From a bacterium (lineage in GTDB: Bacteria > SZUA-182 > DTGQ01 > JAFGSM01): a stretch of 64,000 nucleotides of DNA. Positions 32,567-43,571 of this stretch are shown here, piece by piece. Under the pieces are notes generated by a model that saw only the letters and a list, made by a program, of their open reading frames with translations, had not been told where the DNA came from and ran no database searches. The translations under genes were made by a program, and so were the position numbers. Location: contig JBLIRN010000004.1 of NCBI GenBank assembly GCA_049472315.1, positions 1 through 64,000 on the forward strand, in the 5' to 3' direction. The number at the start of each line of letters is the position of its first letter. Position 1 is the first letter of the stretch.

Positions 32567-34141
32567 TCAAAAACCATAGGGATACAAGCCGAGCATGAAG
32601 AAGGGAGAAATTATGGGGAATGAAAGGGCCCCCAGAGAAAAGAAGGGCATGGATGAGGATGTAAAAAGGGGATTGGGTGAGATGAGGAATTGTTGCGAGG
32701 GATATCCCATAGAAAGTGGAAAATATCCCTGCTGTATTCCTTCAATGCCCTCATAGGAGAATGCCGGCACATTCGCTGCAAGATTATAATCGGATACCAG
32801 CTTTTCACCATATCCGATGAAGGTTGACTGTGCGCCGCGAGGGGTATACGTGCTCAATGCGATCCCTTGCGTCAAGGGCCATTGCTGGGAAACCGATCCG
32901 GTTATGTCATAGGCCGTTGTTGGGTAATTCACGGACGTAGCCGGGCTCGTGCCGCCGACTCCCCATGGGTATGACCATACAGCCCCGTGGATGGTGGGCA
33001 TTATAGGATAGGGAGTAAACCCTATCCCAAACACCGGGAACGTGCCAAACCCAGTGGCAGTCAGCGCCATCGGGAAATAGCTGCCCGTGGATGTGCTGCC
33101 TGACGACGGCACATATCGTCTTCCCGGTTGGATGGTCACGACACAATCGGTCGCCTCATCCCAATCGACGTATACATCCCGGGGGGCGGAACTCCGGGTG
33201 TCGTGATTGATGGTCCAACGGTTGGTGGAGGTGTTCAAATATCCTACCGTCACCATCCAATGGTCGCCCCATATGGAATGGCCTGATACGCCATACAGCA
33301 ACGGCCTTTTGTGGACGATTTCATCCATTACAATCCCAAAATCGGGAGGCTGAAGAATCGCCCTGAATTCATACTCATTGTCGTACATGGGCGTATTACA
33401 GACCCGCTCGATCCCTATGGGTATATATTCATCGTTGACCCCTCCACGGGCCTCGCCAAGGGAGGGATACCCCATTGCCTGCTGGAGTTCCTCCACGAGT
33501 TGCGAAACGTCCTCGATGTCCCCGGGGTCGTCGTCCACCAAAAGGGGATATCCACGGGCATCCCAGTACCCCAGCACGCAGGCGGCGGCAACAGGACCAC
33601 AATTTCCGGGATCCCCATAATCTTCCTGCCAATAATCCGGTACCCCCGGGATGATCATCTGTCCATCCTCAAGGTCAGGACTTGTGATCTGAATGCTGTA
33701 AAGCTCATAAGGACCGTATTGGTTGTACCCATTGTAATTTTCTGCCTTGATAAAATAATCACCGTCCGCAGGGCACACCCACTCGATAAGGGAACTGCCG
33801 TCCCTCCAGAAGTCATCGTTACAGGCAAGAGACCCCTCAAATCCCTCGTCGTAGAGCCACACAATCGTATCCACAGGAGGGTATCCGGTCTTCTTTGAAC
33901 GGGTAAAGATCTGGTAGCTGAGACCCTCCTCCGCAAAAAATGTAAACCACTGTGTCTCATCGGGAAACGAAAAGGAATATATCGCCGAGTTCCCATTCGG
34001 GGTGAGCGATACGGCGTTTGAAGGCTTGTCATCCTTTTTCTGTGCACGCACATGTGAGGGTCCCGCCAGCATAATGGCCGCCATACCCGCCAGGATCAAT
34101 GTAATCACTCTATTGAAGCGTGATCCGCAGATCATCGTCAC
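32567..34141 (-). CDS. Exported C39-like (papain-fold) cysteine peptidase with PPC-like domain and low-complexity C-tail
   Basis: Signal peptide; PPC-like (DTIVWLYD..NDD..SLIEW..GDYFIK); VPDYWQ..NCGPVAA (Cys), GDHWMVTVGY (His), INHD (Asp); ~180-aa aromatic/G/P/S/T tail. Confidence 0.8.
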   Translation of the reverse strand: MTMICGSRFNRVITLILAGMAAIMLAGPSHVRAQKKDDKPSNAVSLTPNGNSAIYSFSFPDETQWFTFFAEEGLSYQIFTRSKKTGYPPVDTIVWLYDEGFEGSLACNDDFWRDGSSLIEWVCPADGDYFIKAENYNGYNQYGPYELYSIQITSPDLEDGQMIIPGVPDYWQEDYGDPGNCGPVAAACVLGYWDARGYPLLVDDDPGDIEDVSQLVEELQQAMGYPSLGEARGGVNDEYIPIGIERVCNTPMYDNEYEFRAILQPPDFGIVMDEIVHKRPLLYGVSGHSIWGDHWMVTVGYLNTSTNRWTINHDTRSSAPRDVYVDWDEATDCVVTIQPGRRYVPSSGSTSTGSYFPMALTATGFGTFPVFGIGFTPYPIMPTIHGAVWSYPWGVGGTSPATSVNYPTTAYDITGSVSQQWPLTQGIALSTYTPRGAQSTFIGYGEKLVSDYNLAANVPAFSYEGIEGIQQGYFPLSMGYPSQQFLISPNPLFTSSSMPFFSLGALSFPIISPFFMLGLYPYGF

Positions 34142-35333
34142 ACTCTTTCATCAGGGGGGGATACGAATCCTCCCATGCCCTTCCCTCTTCATGTACTGTC
34201 TCCGGGATGAGTTCAGACACCCTTTTGAAAGGGAAACTGATTCGAATGACGTTTCCTTGGGCACCGCATTCCTCGACCATCATGCATCCTCCCATGGATA
34301 CAATCATCCGGTAGGTGACATAGAGATCCAATCCGACCCCATCCCGTATGCGGGAAAAAAATTTCCCCACCAGTTCCCTGAATGCCTCCCTGGACATCCC
34401 GGGCCCCTCATCCGCATAATCAATGCTGACCGCGTTGGTATCATTATGCAGCGTGCACGACATGGTAATGGTCCCCGATCCGTTCATTGCATTGTAGGAA
34501 TGGCGAAACAGACGCATGAAGACCTGTTCGAACCGCATCGGGTCCCCCAGCATTTCCGGTATATCCGCGGGGATATCGGTCATCACATGGATGGATGAAA
34601 AATCCATCGTATGCTTCAGCAGAAAGAGCGAACGCTCAATCACCCGGTCAAGCCGGATGCGTTCCCGATGTTCCTCAAGTGCACGGGTGTACGCCGCCAT
34701 TTGATCGATCGCCTTCACAAGCTGTTGACATTGATTCAGTATCTCTGCAAAGGAATCCCGTGCCTTTGCCAGGTGTACTGCGTCATCCCCCATCTTTGCC
34801 AGGTTCATTTCCGCATGCAGGCTGATGACGGTAATGGGATTCCTGATCTCATGGGCGAATACGTTCGTCAGTTCCCCTATGTTCAGGAAACCTTCCATGC
34901 CGCACCTGTCTTTGAGCAAACGCACCTGTTCCCTTTCAAGAATATGATGTTCGATCGCCCTCCTCATCTTCAGCTTCAGACGATCATACGGATAGGGGTG
35001 CATGATGTACGCGTAGATATTCCTGCGGTCTATGTCCTCAGCCAGGGTCATGGCATCGTCTGCATGAAGGAGAATAATGCTTATGATATGCGGATGCTCT
35101 TTGCGAAGCGTATCGAGAAATCCGGGGGCACATAGATGCCGCCCGACCACTATAACCGCCAGGCGAGGGGTACGGCTCACAAAGGTACGTGCCTCATCGT
35201 GAGAATGGGCAATAAGAACGGAAAAGGATGTCCCGAGCCTCTTCCTGTATAGGGAAAGTTCCCCCTCGCGATCGTCGACAAAGAGAATGGGAAAATCCCG
35301 GTAATTAATCTCTCCCCCCACCGGCTGATCCAT
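34110..35333 (-). CDS. Hybrid REC-HisKA-HATPase protein with degenerate motifs
   Basis: ILFVDD REC start, AHEIRNP H-box, DEGPGM G1; N-box and G2 are altered. Confidence 0.8.
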   Translation of the reverse strand: MDQPVGGEINYRDFPILFVDDREGELSLYRKRLGTSFSVLIAHSHDEARTFVSRTPRLAVIVVGRHLCAPGFLDTLRKEHPHIISIILLHADDAMTLAEDIDRRNIYAYIMHPYPYDRLKLKMRRAIEHHILEREQVRLLKDRCGMEGFLNIGELTNVFAHEIRNPITVISLHAEMNLAKMGDDAVHLAKARDSFAEILNQCQQLVKAIDQMAAYTRALEEHRERIRLDRVIERSLFLLKHTMDFSSIHVMTDIPADIPEMLGDPMRFEQVFMRLFRHSYNAMNGSGTITMSCTLHNDTNAVSIDYADEGPGMSREAFRELVGKFFSRIRDGVGLDLYVTYRMIVSMGGCMMVEECGAQGNVIRISFPFKRVSELIPETVHEEGRAWEDSYPPLMKECDDDLRITLQ

Positions 35334-36000
35334 CTCTATCTCCGCTTAGACCTTGCACAAACTCCCATTTCTTCCGTATCCTCTCGTTTCGTTCAGTCTC
35401 ATGCACGCCGCTTCGTGCCCGCAGGCCACTATAACAAAGCCGCCTCGCCGCTTCTTGATCCATAATGGCCATGTCTGATGTCCTCACGAACAGACGTTCT
35501 CCACGGTTCGGTGAATGCATCTCTATCCAGAGTTCCAACGGCGCCGGATAGACATGTCCTGCCACCTCCCAATCCCCCGCGGCAGTCAGCTCCTCGATCA
35601 GTTTCATGATCCTCGTGATGTTGAGAATATAATCCGGCCATCCGCGGTGCATTTGAATGACCGGCACATGAGAGGTATTCGCCCCTGCCACCACGGTCAC
35701 TATCCCCTCCCCCTTACTGTATCCCCGATACAAGGAAAGTGGGTCCTTCCAATTTGCATTGTTCAGCAACGGGGACTCGGGCTCACCCAACAAAAACATA
35801 AAGGCCTGCGGCTGCCGGTCGCAATCCACCAGTACCTCGGTGTGGAGATGCACGAGCCTTCCGAATGCCTCTTGAGCATAATGGAGCGCACCGAGCAGGG
35901 CGGTCCTCTCGTCTACTTCCTGGGATAACCCTGCGTAGGGGACACTGAGAATAAGGATGCTCAGAACGGGGATTGATATGAATCGTGTAACGATCCTCAC
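35305..36000 (-). CDS. Exported hypothetical protein (possible protease prodomain/inhibitor-like)
   Basis: SD GAGAGG, GTG start, signal peptide; overlaps the downstream kinase gene. Confidence 0.65.
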   Translation of the reverse strand: MRIVTRFISIPVLSILILSVPYAGLSQEVDERTALLGALHYAQEAFGRLVHLHTEVLVDCDRQPQAFMFLLGEPESPLLNNANWKDPLSLYRGYSKGEGIVTVVAGANTSHVPVIQMHRGWPDYILNITRIMKLIEELTAAGDWEVAGHVYPAPLELWIEMHSPNRGERLFVRTSDMAIMDQEAARRLCYSGLRARSGVHETERNERIRKKWEFVQGLSGDRDGSAGGGRD

Positions 36001-36252
36001 AGTGCTGTCCTCTCGTTAAGGATGTATAGTCTTATAGAAAGGACGGATTCCGGTGAGAATCCCTTATTCGACGGCACAGGGAAGGATGAAGCGGTGGGGA
36101 CTTTTACAGGATTTTTATGACCTCGTATGAAACATTTTCCCATGTGGGCGCGGAAAATGAAGTGACACACGATTAATGAAACATCCTCTCGGTACCGCCT
36201 GCTTTATTATGTCTTTTTACAGGAGCGACACCTTTTCCGGGTGGAACGGACC

Positions 36253-36633
36253 TCATACCTTGTCATTTCTCTCAAGGACTTCTCTGACCACCCGCTTCAA
36301 TTCCTCGATTTGAATGGATTTGCTCAGGAATTCAAAGGCACCCAACAACTTTGCCTTGTTTACATTTTCCTTGCCGGTGTATGCGGTAATGACAACGACC
36401 TTGAGATCGGGTCGGTTCTGCTCAATATAATCCAGGAATTCCATACCGCTCATCTTTGGCATCTTGAGATCCGTCAAGATAAGGTCGAAATCCTCATTTT
36501 CGATGGAGGACAAGGCACTCCTGCCATCTGTGGCTGTCTTTACCTCGTACCCCTCATCCTCGAGGATATCCTGCAAAACAGCCCTCATACCCACATCGTC
36601 GTCGATAAGAAGGATACGTTTGGCGGCCATCAT
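36253..36633 (-). CDS. Single-domain response regulator
   Basis: ILLIDDD, LTDLKMPKMSG, ITAY, FLSK; SD GGAGGT. Confidence 0.93.
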   Translation of the reverse strand: MMAAKRILLIDDDVGMRAVLQDILEDEGYEVKTATDGRSALSSIENEDFDLILTDLKMPKMSGMEFLDYIEQNRPDLKVVVITAYTGKENVNKAKLLGAFEFLSKSIQIEELKRVVREVLERNDKV

Positions 36634-37000
36634 CTACCTCCTATACAATTCAAAAAGGTGCGGCTTCCCTTTCTTCGTGTTTTCGACAGTTCCCCCCCCC
36701 TCTCAACGCACTCCTCAATCTGGCGAGGTCGATGAGATGAAACCACCAGGAGGAATCGTACCCCTACTCGGGCTATACCCGTTATATGCAAATGGCACAG
36801 AATAAAAAATGGCAATACAATTTAATGGTATAATGACCTAAAAAAAGGGGATTGTCAAGATGAAATAATCGCATGGGGGTCCTTACAGGTGTATTGGTGC
36901 ACTTTTTGTTACCCCCCATGAGCCTTATGGAGTCTCCCTGGCACCCATGTAGTGAACATGGCGGAGGCAGTATACATGTACCGCACAGAGTGCAGAGGCA

Positions 37001-37381
37001 CTATTCCGGCGACTCGAAAATCACCATGGCGATCGCCTGTGGATCATCGTGGGTGATGGAGAGGTGCGTCCTGGTAATGCCCATCTGCCTCATGAGGATT
37101 GCCGCCCGCCCATGCATGGCAAGGTGCGGCCGGCCGGAGCTGCAATGGGTGACCTCGATATCAGACCATCCGACCCCCCCGATGCCATCGCCGAACGCCT
37201 TTCTCGCCGCCTCTTTTGCCGCAAAGATGCCGGCAAGGTGCGGGAAGGGATTCCTCTTTTTATCGGCGTACGCCCTTTCATCCGTAGTGAATATTCGATT
37301 CATAAAGGCGTCGCCCAGGCGCGTGCAGGCCCGTCTGATTCTCTCGATGGCAATCAGGTCAATGCCGATGCCTCGTATCAT
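37001..37381 (-). CDS. acpS: Holo-ACP synthase
   Basis: GIGIDL, IFTTDE, FAAKEA, GRP, LSITHD. Confidence 0.95.
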   Translation of the reverse strand: MIRGIGIDLIAIERIRRACTRLGDAFMNRIFTTDERAYADKKRNPFPHLAGIFAAKEAARKAFGDGIGGVGWSDIEVTHCSSGRPHLAMHGRAAILMRQMGITRTHLSITHDDPQAIAMVIFESPE

Positions 37382-39431
37382 GCCCTGTTCTCCTTCTCCT
37401 CCGCGTGTCCTGTCGTCCCCCTGAATGGATTTCGGCGGTCATTGACGTGTTTCCGGCAAGTGCCGCGATCTCATCCCGAATCCTGGCCGCCTCTTCAAAT
37501 CGCAGTTCCCGCGCATATGCCTCCATCCTTTTTCGCAGGCGGGCGGCATAGTCCCCGACAGATTCCCTGTCAGCCCGGTAGGGTATACCCTCCTCCTTGA
37601 CCAGGCTGGGGGTGTAGTAGTCCGCCTCGTATATCGACTGCAGGAGATCACCGATCGATTTCCTGATGGACTCCGGGGTGATGCGGTGTTCCCGATTATA
37701 TGCCATCTGCATCTGCCTGCGCCGCTGCGTCTCCTCGATCGCGCTCCGCATTGAAGGGGTGATGCGGTCGGCATACATCAGCACCTGCCCGTTCACGTTC
37801 CGTGCCGCCCTCCCGGCGGTCTGGATGAGGGAGGTGGTGGAGCGGAGGAAGCCCTCCTTATCCGCATCCAGTATCGCCACCAGAGATACCTCGGGCAAAT
37901 CGAGGCCCTCCCTGAGCAGGTTCACCCCGATGAGACAATCAAACCTCCCCATGCGAAGGTCCCGCAGGATCTCCGTTCGTTCGATGGTGTCGATTTCGGA
38001 ATGGAGATAGCGGACCCTGAGGTCCAGATTCTGGTAGTATTCGGTCAGATCCTCCGCCATCCTCTTGGTCAGCGTGGTCACCAGCACGCGCTCGTTCCGC
38101 CCGATCCTGGACCTGATCTCTGCAAGGAGATCCTCCACCTGATTGGCAGCGGGTCTGACAATGAGTTCCGGGTCCATAAGCCCGGTGGGCCGGATGATCT
38201 GTTCCACCACCCTCCCCTGCGCCATGATCAGTTCATACTCGGCTGGGGTGGCCGAGACATAGATGCACTGGTGCACCTTCGCGGAGAATTCGTCAAAACT
38301 GAGCGGACGGTTGTCATAGGCGGAGGGGAGACGGAAGCCGAACTCCACCAGGCTCTTTTTCCGCGATCGATCACCCTCGAGCATTCCACGCACCTGGGGG
38401 ATGGTCACATGGGATTCATCGATGATCACCAGTTTATCCGGAGGAAAATAGTCTATGAGGGTATGGGGCGGTTCACCCGAGCCTCGTCCGTCCAGATGAC
38501 GGGAATAGTTCTCTATCCCGTGGCAATAGCCGATCTCCTGCATCATCTCCAGATCATACCGGGTCCTCTGCTCCAGCCGCTGCGCCTCCAGGAGTTTCCC
38601 TTCGTCCCTCAACACACGCAGCCGCACGGCGAGTTCTTCGCGTATGCCCTCCACCGCCCGCAGCATCTTCTCCCTGGGGAGGACATAGTGACTGTTGGGA
38701 TAGATGAACACGCGATTCAGTGGCTGCTTCTTCATCCCGGTCACAGGGTCCAGGGAATGGAGCACCTCCACTTCATCCCCGAACAAGCCTATGCGAATCG
38801 CCTCAAATCCGTATGCAGGGAATATCTCCACCACATCACCCCGCACCCGGAAGGTGCCCCGCCTGAAATCGATGTCATTCCGCTCGTACTGCATGCGCAC
38901 GAATTCCTCCAGGATGCTGCGCCGGTCAATGGCCTGTCCCTTTTCCAGGACAAAGCTCATATGAAGATATTCCTCGGGGGAGCCGAGGCCGTAGATGCAG
39001 GAAACGCTCGCCACCACGATCACGTCGCGCCGGTCCAGGAGGGAACGGGTGGCTGAATGCCTCATCCGGTCGATATCCTCGTTGATGGAGGAATCCTTTT
39101 CGATGTAGGTGTCCGTGTGTGGTATGTACGCCTCCGGTTGATAGTAATCGTAGTAGCTGACAAAGTACTCTACCGCATTATCGGGGAAAAAGGCCTTGCA
39201 TTCCGCATAGAGCTGGGCTGCCAGTGTCTTGTTATGGGAGATGATGAGGGTGGGCCGCTGAACCCTCTCGATGAGGTTGGCCATGGTAAACGTCTTGCCT
39301 GAGCCGGTGACACCCAGGAGTACCACATGGGGAGAGCCTGAGAGAACCTCCCGGACGATCAATGTGATGGCCTGTATTTGGTCCCCCTGTGGTTGGAACG
39401 GGGACACCAATCTGAATGGTGACATGCTCAT
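37359..39431 (-). CDS. uvrB: Excinuclease ABC subunit B
   Basis: [29 protein letters not shown]-terminal FEEAARIRD. Confidence 0.99.
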   Translation of the reverse strand: MSMSPFRLVSPFQPQGDQIQAITLIVREVLSGSPHVVLLGVTGSGKTFTMANLIERVQRPTLIISHNKTLAAQLYAECKAFFPDNAVEYFVSYYDYYQPEAYIPHTDTYIEKDSSINEDIDRMRHSATRSLLDRRDVIVVASVSCIYGLGSPEEYLHMSFVLEKGQAIDRRSILEEFVRMQYERNDIDFRRGTFRVRGDVVEIFPAYGFEAIRIGLFGDEVEVLHSLDPVTGMKKQPLNRVFIYPNSHYVLPREKMLRAVEGIREELAVRLRVLRDEGKLLEAQRLEQRTRYDLEMMQEIGYCHGIENYSRHLDGRGSGEPPHTLIDYFPPDKLVIIDESHVTIPQVRGMLEGDRSRKKSLVEFGFRLPSAYDNRPLSFDEFSAKVHQCIYVSATPAEYELIMAQGRVVEQIIRPTGLMDPELIVRPAANQVEDLLAEIRSRIGRNERVLVTTLTKRMAEDLTEYYQNLDLRVRYLHSEIDTIERTEILRDLRMGRFDCLIGVNLLREGLDLPEVSLVAILDADKEGFLRSTTSLIQTAGRAARNVNGQVLMYADRITPSMRSAIEETQRRRQMQMAYNREHRITPESIRKSIGDLLQSIYEADYYTPSLVKEEGIPYRADRESVGDYAARLRKRMEAYARELRFEEAARIRDEIAALAGNTSMTAEIHSGGRQDTRRRRRTGHDTRHRH

Positions 39432-39540
39432 CCGCCCCTTTGCAGCGCACGATTCCAAGCGTATCCGGATTCAATCGTGTGGGTTGCCATGAATCCCCTC
39501 CATCGCCTCCCCGCGTGTGCATGAATCAATGTGGATCCTA

Positions 39541-40092
39541 TCAGTGCGGGCGTCGCGTCCACCAATGCACCCCGATGAGGGCAACGGCACAAAACAGCAG
39601 AACCAGGGCCCAGCGGATCTTCTGTGACGACAGGGAATGCGCAACAGGATACCCCGGGTGCACCATGGTGATCCTACCGGCATGGATGTCGGTTTCACCA
39701 CCATGGGCCCTGCAGGCACGATAAAAGGTACCCTCAACCTTTATTATATCACCCTGTGTCTTATATCCACCCACATACTTCATTGTGGGCATGATCCCCC
39801 TGGGAGCCCATACCCCGATGCTCTCGGTTCCGTCATCCACATTGAGCCATACCCCGGTGCTGCGCTTCATGACGTCGCCGACCACCTCTCCCTGTATGGT
39901 AATCTCCCGGCCGTCGTAAACCTTCTTGTCATTGACCAGCCGGGTGATGGGAACCATTCCTGCACATGCATCGGAGAGGAGGATAGACTGCAAAAGGGGC
40001 AATGCCGCCAGCATGACCAGGGCAAGGCAGGATAGTACACAGAGGACCCGGAACCTCCTTCCGGAGCATGGAGATATCCCTGTGTGGTTCAT
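39541..40092 (-). CDS. Membrane-anchored OB-fold hypothetical protein in the Trk cluster
   Basis: N- and C-terminal TM; YDGREITIQGEVVGD..W..DD..GVW..GD.I.V.G OB-like pattern; ATGA overlap with trkH. Confidence 0.7.
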   Translation of the reverse strand: MNHTGISPCSGRRFRVLCVLSCLALVMLAALPLLQSILLSDACAGMVPITRLVNDKKVYDGREITIQGEVVGDVMKRSTGVWLNVDDGTESIGVWAPRGIMPTMKYVGGYKTQGDIIKVEGTFYRACRAHGGETDIHAGRITMVHPGYPVAHSLSSQKIRWALVLLFCAVALIGVHWWTRRPH

Positions 40093-41591
40093 CGAACCCC
40101 CCCTATGATGCTTCCGATAAACCCAAAAAGGGCAAAGAGGGCCATGAATTCAAGCCTGCCCGCCCACATGGCAAAGATGTACACCACCTTGATCAAGGCG
40201 GGCATCGCCGGAAGGGTAAGACCGCAGCTCAGCCCGGTGTTGCTCGCTGCGGACACCCCTTCGAACATGGCCTCCATAAAGGGATACCCCTCCGATACCG
40301 CAACGAAGGTCGACAGCAGGTAGAGCCCGATATAGGAGAGAACGATCAGCATGACCATCCGGATGTATTCATCCGTGAGCACGGTGTCCCTGATGTGATG
40401 GAATTTTTGTACCAGTACGGAGGACTCGGGAGAGATGAGGCGGCGGATATTCTCCACCAGCCCGGTGAAAATCACCCCTATCCTCAGGTTCTTGAATCCG
40501 CCTGCGGTTGAGCAGGCGCTTCCCCCGATGGTCATGGCTATGATAAGCCCCAGGTAGGAGAGGAATCCCCACTCCCCCAGCCAGGTTGAGCTGTAAATGG
40601 TCATGTTTCCCGTGGTGGTATGGGCGGAGGCGAGATGATAGAATCCCCTCCTCCATGATGCCCATAGGGTGGGATATACCCCCAGCCGTTCCAGCCCGAA
40701 AAGGACAAAGGCGGAGGTGATGAGCACGGTGCAGGTGAAGGAGATGATCTCCAGGTTGCGGAAGATCTCGCGATAGTCCACGTGCCAGATGGTGAAGTGG
40801 AGGGCGAAATTCATCGATCCGGCAACGAAGATCACCAAGGTGACCGTCTCAATGATCGCGGAGTGGTAGTACATGAGGTTCTGCGACATAGGGGCGAAAC
40901 CGCCGGTGCTCCATGCGCCCATGAAAAGCCAGAGGCTGTGGAAAAACCCGCGTATCCATCCCATGCCGGCGAAACGCGCCAAGACGGTCAGGATAACGGT
41001 TCCCACGCTCATATAGGCGAGGCTGATGAGCCAGATGACCCGCGCAGTATGGATCACATTGGGCAGAAGGCGCTCGTCCTTACCCTCCCCCACGTAAAGG
41101 GTGTAGGTGCCGGCGAATCCCTTCATGGCAAAGGTAAGGGCGACCACGATGATCCCCTGTCCTCCAACATAGGAGAGGAGATGCCGCCACATGTTGAGGC
41201 CGTTAGAGGTATGGTTGAGGTTCTGAATAAGATAGAGCCCGGTGGTGGTATACCCGCTCATCACGTCAAAGCAGGCATCCAGATAGGAACCGTACTGCCC
41301 GCTCAACCACGAGGGGACCGCCCCCAGGCAGGTCGCGATAAACCAGGAGACGGAGGCGATCACCATGCCCAATGTCCAGTTGATCTCCTTCTGGGCGGAG
41401 GTGAACAGCTGCAGTCCCAGTCCGACGATGATACAGAGGGAAAGACCGATCAGGAAATCCAGCACCACCGGCCATTCACCGAACAGGCATGCGGTCAGCG
41501 CAGGTACGATCATGAGCAGCCCTACGCCCACGGTGATCTTACCGGTATAAAACCCGATGGTGGTATAGTCTGAACCGATCGGCTTAAACAT
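40089..41591 (-). CDS. trkH: Trk K+ uptake membrane protein
   Basis: Four pore motifs SGYTTTG, STGG, TTTG, SNTG; GGSACSTAGG; GRLE. Confidence 0.93.
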   Translation of the reverse strand: MFKPIGSDYTTIGFYTGKITVGVGLLMIVPALTACLFGEWPVVLDFLIGLSLCIIVGLGLQLFTSAQKEINWTLGMVIASVSWFIATCLGAVPSWLSGQYGSYLDACFDVMSGYTTTGLYLIQNLNHTSNGLNMWRHLLSYVGGQGIIVVALTFAMKGFAGTYTLYVGEGKDERLLPNVIHTARVIWLISLAYMSVGTVILTVLARFAGMGWIRGFFHSLWLFMGAWSTGGFAPMSQNLMYYHSAIIETVTLVIFVAGSMNFALHFTIWHVDYREIFRNLEIISFTCTVLITSAFVLFGLERLGVYPTLWASWRRGFYHLASAHTTTGNMTIYSSTWLGEWGFLSYLGLIIAMTIGGSACSTAGGFKNLRIGVIFTGLVENIRRLISPESSVLVQKFHHIRDTVLTDEYIRMVMLIVLSYIGLYLLSTFVAVSEGYPFMEAMFEGVSAASNTGLSCGLTLPAMPALIKVVYIFAMWAGRLEFMALFALFGFIGSIIGGVR

Positions 41592-41593
41592 CT

Positions 41594-41731
41594 TTACGCG
41601 AGCAGCAGGTGAAAGAAAAGGGCCATGACCAGGGTAAGGAGCACGAGGATGACCGAAAACAGGGATTCCACCAGCATTCCCTTGAGGGAGTGAACAACCT
41701 TCCCCTTCAATCTCAGCCGTAGCATTGCCAT
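41594..41731 (-). CDS. 45-aa single-TM peptide between trkA and trkH
   Basis: Fills the gap exactly: basic N-terminus plus hydrophobic C-terminus; stops 2 nt before the trkH ATG. Confidence 0.55.
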   Translation of the reverse strand: MAMLRLRLKGKVVHSLKGMLVESLFSVILVLLTLVMALFFHLLLA

Positions 41732-41738
41732 GTACCTT

Positions 41739-42413
41739 TCAGGGGAGTTCCTCGATCTTTCCCACCAGAAGATCAAAAAGCTCCCGTTCGTTCTCTATGG
41801 AGGTGAGGGCGATCACGTCATCCTGTGGTTTCAGAACGGTGACCCCTTTCGGGATAATCACGTCGTTTCCTCGAAGTATGGAGACCACCACCGAATTGGC
41901 GGGAAGGCGTATCTCCTGCAGGCTCTTGTTGGCAACGGGTGAATCCTCGGTCAAAGATACCCGGATCACCGAAAGCTTCCCTTTCTTGAAGCTGAAGAGG
42001 GTAACCAGGTCACTCAGGGTGGCCTCCTCCTCGATGATCTTGGTCAGAATCGAGGTGCTGTTGATGGGGACATCGACACCCAGTTGCGAAAAGGGTCGCT
42101 CGTTTTCCGGGTCATTCACCCGTGCCAGTGTACGTTTGACCCGGAAGAATTGTTTTGCCAACTGGCAGGCGACGAGGTTGTTGGCATCGGAGCCGGTCAC
42201 CGCGACAAACACGTCCGCCCTGGCGATCCCTGCATCCTCCAACACCCTTCCCTCACAGGCATCCCCATGGATAACCGTTATTCCCAGATCAGTGGCGATC
42301 GCATGACATATATCAGGATCCTTCTCAATCAGCACACAGTGATGCTGATCCCTGATCAGGGATTTGGCGAGGAAGTACCCGACCTTTCCCCCTCCCACCA
42401 GAATGATGTTCAT
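41739..42413 (-). CDS. trkA: Trk regulatory RCK subunit (TrkA-like)
   Basis: GGGKVG Rossmann motif, HGDA, TGSDANN, RCK_C domain. Confidence 0.92.
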   Translation of the reverse strand: MNIILVGGGKVGYFLAKSLIRDQHHCVLIEKDPDICHAIATDLGITVIHGDACEGRVLEDAGIARADVFVAVTGSDANNLVACQLAKQFFRVKRTLARVNDPENERPFSQLGVDVPINSTSILTKIIEEEATLSDLVTLFSFKKGKLSVIRVSLTEDSPVANKSLQEIRLPANSVVVSILRGNDVIIPKGVTVLKPQDDVIALTSIENERELFDLLVGKIEELP

Positions 42414-43066
42414 TCCCCTTTGCCCCACAAAAGGTTATGGATGGCATCCCTTCCTTCCACCAGACCGACCCCCATGACCTCATCCCCCTCTTCCAATGTA
42501 TAGTCGGGGAGCGGGAGGGTCATGCGCCCCCTGGTTTGCACCGTTATCACCGTAAACAGGCCGGGCCGGTTGAGGTCCCCCGCCGGCCTTCCCACCAGGG
42601 CGCCCTTGACCTCTATCGTGTGGAATTCAACCCGGTCCTGGCGGGGTGTCAGGAATTCCTCCACCCTGTTCTCCAGGAACCGGTCCCGGATCATCCGGGA
42701 GATCACCATGGTACTGCTGATGATCTCGAGGCCCAGATGATGATAGGTTGCCGCCTTCTTGGGATCGTATACCCGTGCCACCGCCATGGGCACAGTATAG
42801 ATCTGTTTCGCAATCTGAACGGCAATGATATTGGTGTTGTCATCGTTGGTGACTGCGGCCAGGGCATTGGCCTGTTTGATCCCGGCGCTTTCAAGGACTT
42901 CGCCGTTAAATCCGTTCCCCGTTACGGTCATGCCGTTAAATGCGGGACCCAGCCGCCGGAATGCCTGCGCCGACTTGTCAATCACCACCACGTCATGACC
43001 TTCGCCGGAAAGCATGATTGCCAACTCGGATCCCATTCGTCCACAGCCAACAATCAAGGTATACAT
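42410..43066 (-). CDS. trkA: Trk regulatory RCK subunit (TrkA-like), second paralog
   Basis: GCGRMG, AGI..A..TNDDNTN, ARVYDP. Confidence 0.92.
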   Translation of the reverse strand: MYTLIVGCGRMGSELAIMLSGEGHDVVVIDKSAQAFRRLGPAFNGMTVTGNGFNGEVLESAGIKQANALAAVTNDDNTNIIAVQIAKQIYTVPMAVARVYDPKKAATYHHLGLEIISSTMVISRMIRDRFLENRVEEFLTPRQDRVEFHTIEVKGALVGRPAGDLNRPGLFTVITVQTRGRMTLPLPDYTLEEGDEVMGVGLVEGRDAIHNLLWGKGE

Positions 43067-43456
43067 CCTTACGCGCTCCTGTCCTCCGTATCATGTGACA
43101 GCCAATCCCTCATGGTCTCCGGCATCGGCCGAATCCCATTCAGTGGAAATCCGGGATAAAACGGAGTAATTGTAATGTATCTCATAAAAACAAGCAATAC
43201 CCCCGCATCCGTTTGCCACCTCTGCCTCCGTTCGCATTCGCTATGTTTACCCCCATTACACCTCCGTATCGCACCTGTCGGTTCTGATCAGTTTATGATC
43301 ACCAATTCGAAGGAATGGTCATATTTTGACCGTGCCGGAATCGCCGCTGAGAACGATCCTTTCCTGGTTCACCCCTCAATGCCATGAGATCCCTTATTAT
43401 TGCTCATGATAGAGGCATGGTCTTCCGGCCGGAAGGAAGGCGCACAGGGGATGAAA

Positions 43457-43472
43457 TTGGCACCGTTTATGC
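43457..43472 (+). promoter_or_regulatory. sigma54 (-24/-12) promoter
   Basis: TTGGCACCGTTTATGC (GG-N10-GC) about 100 nt upstream of the 43572 ATG. Confidence 0.65.
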
Positions 43473-43571
43473 GTTGGCATTCATTGACAAAAACCGGACA
43501 ACCATCAACAACAGGAAGTATGATTTTTGATCTTTGACATCTGATCACACGACGTTTCTCGGGGGGGTATT

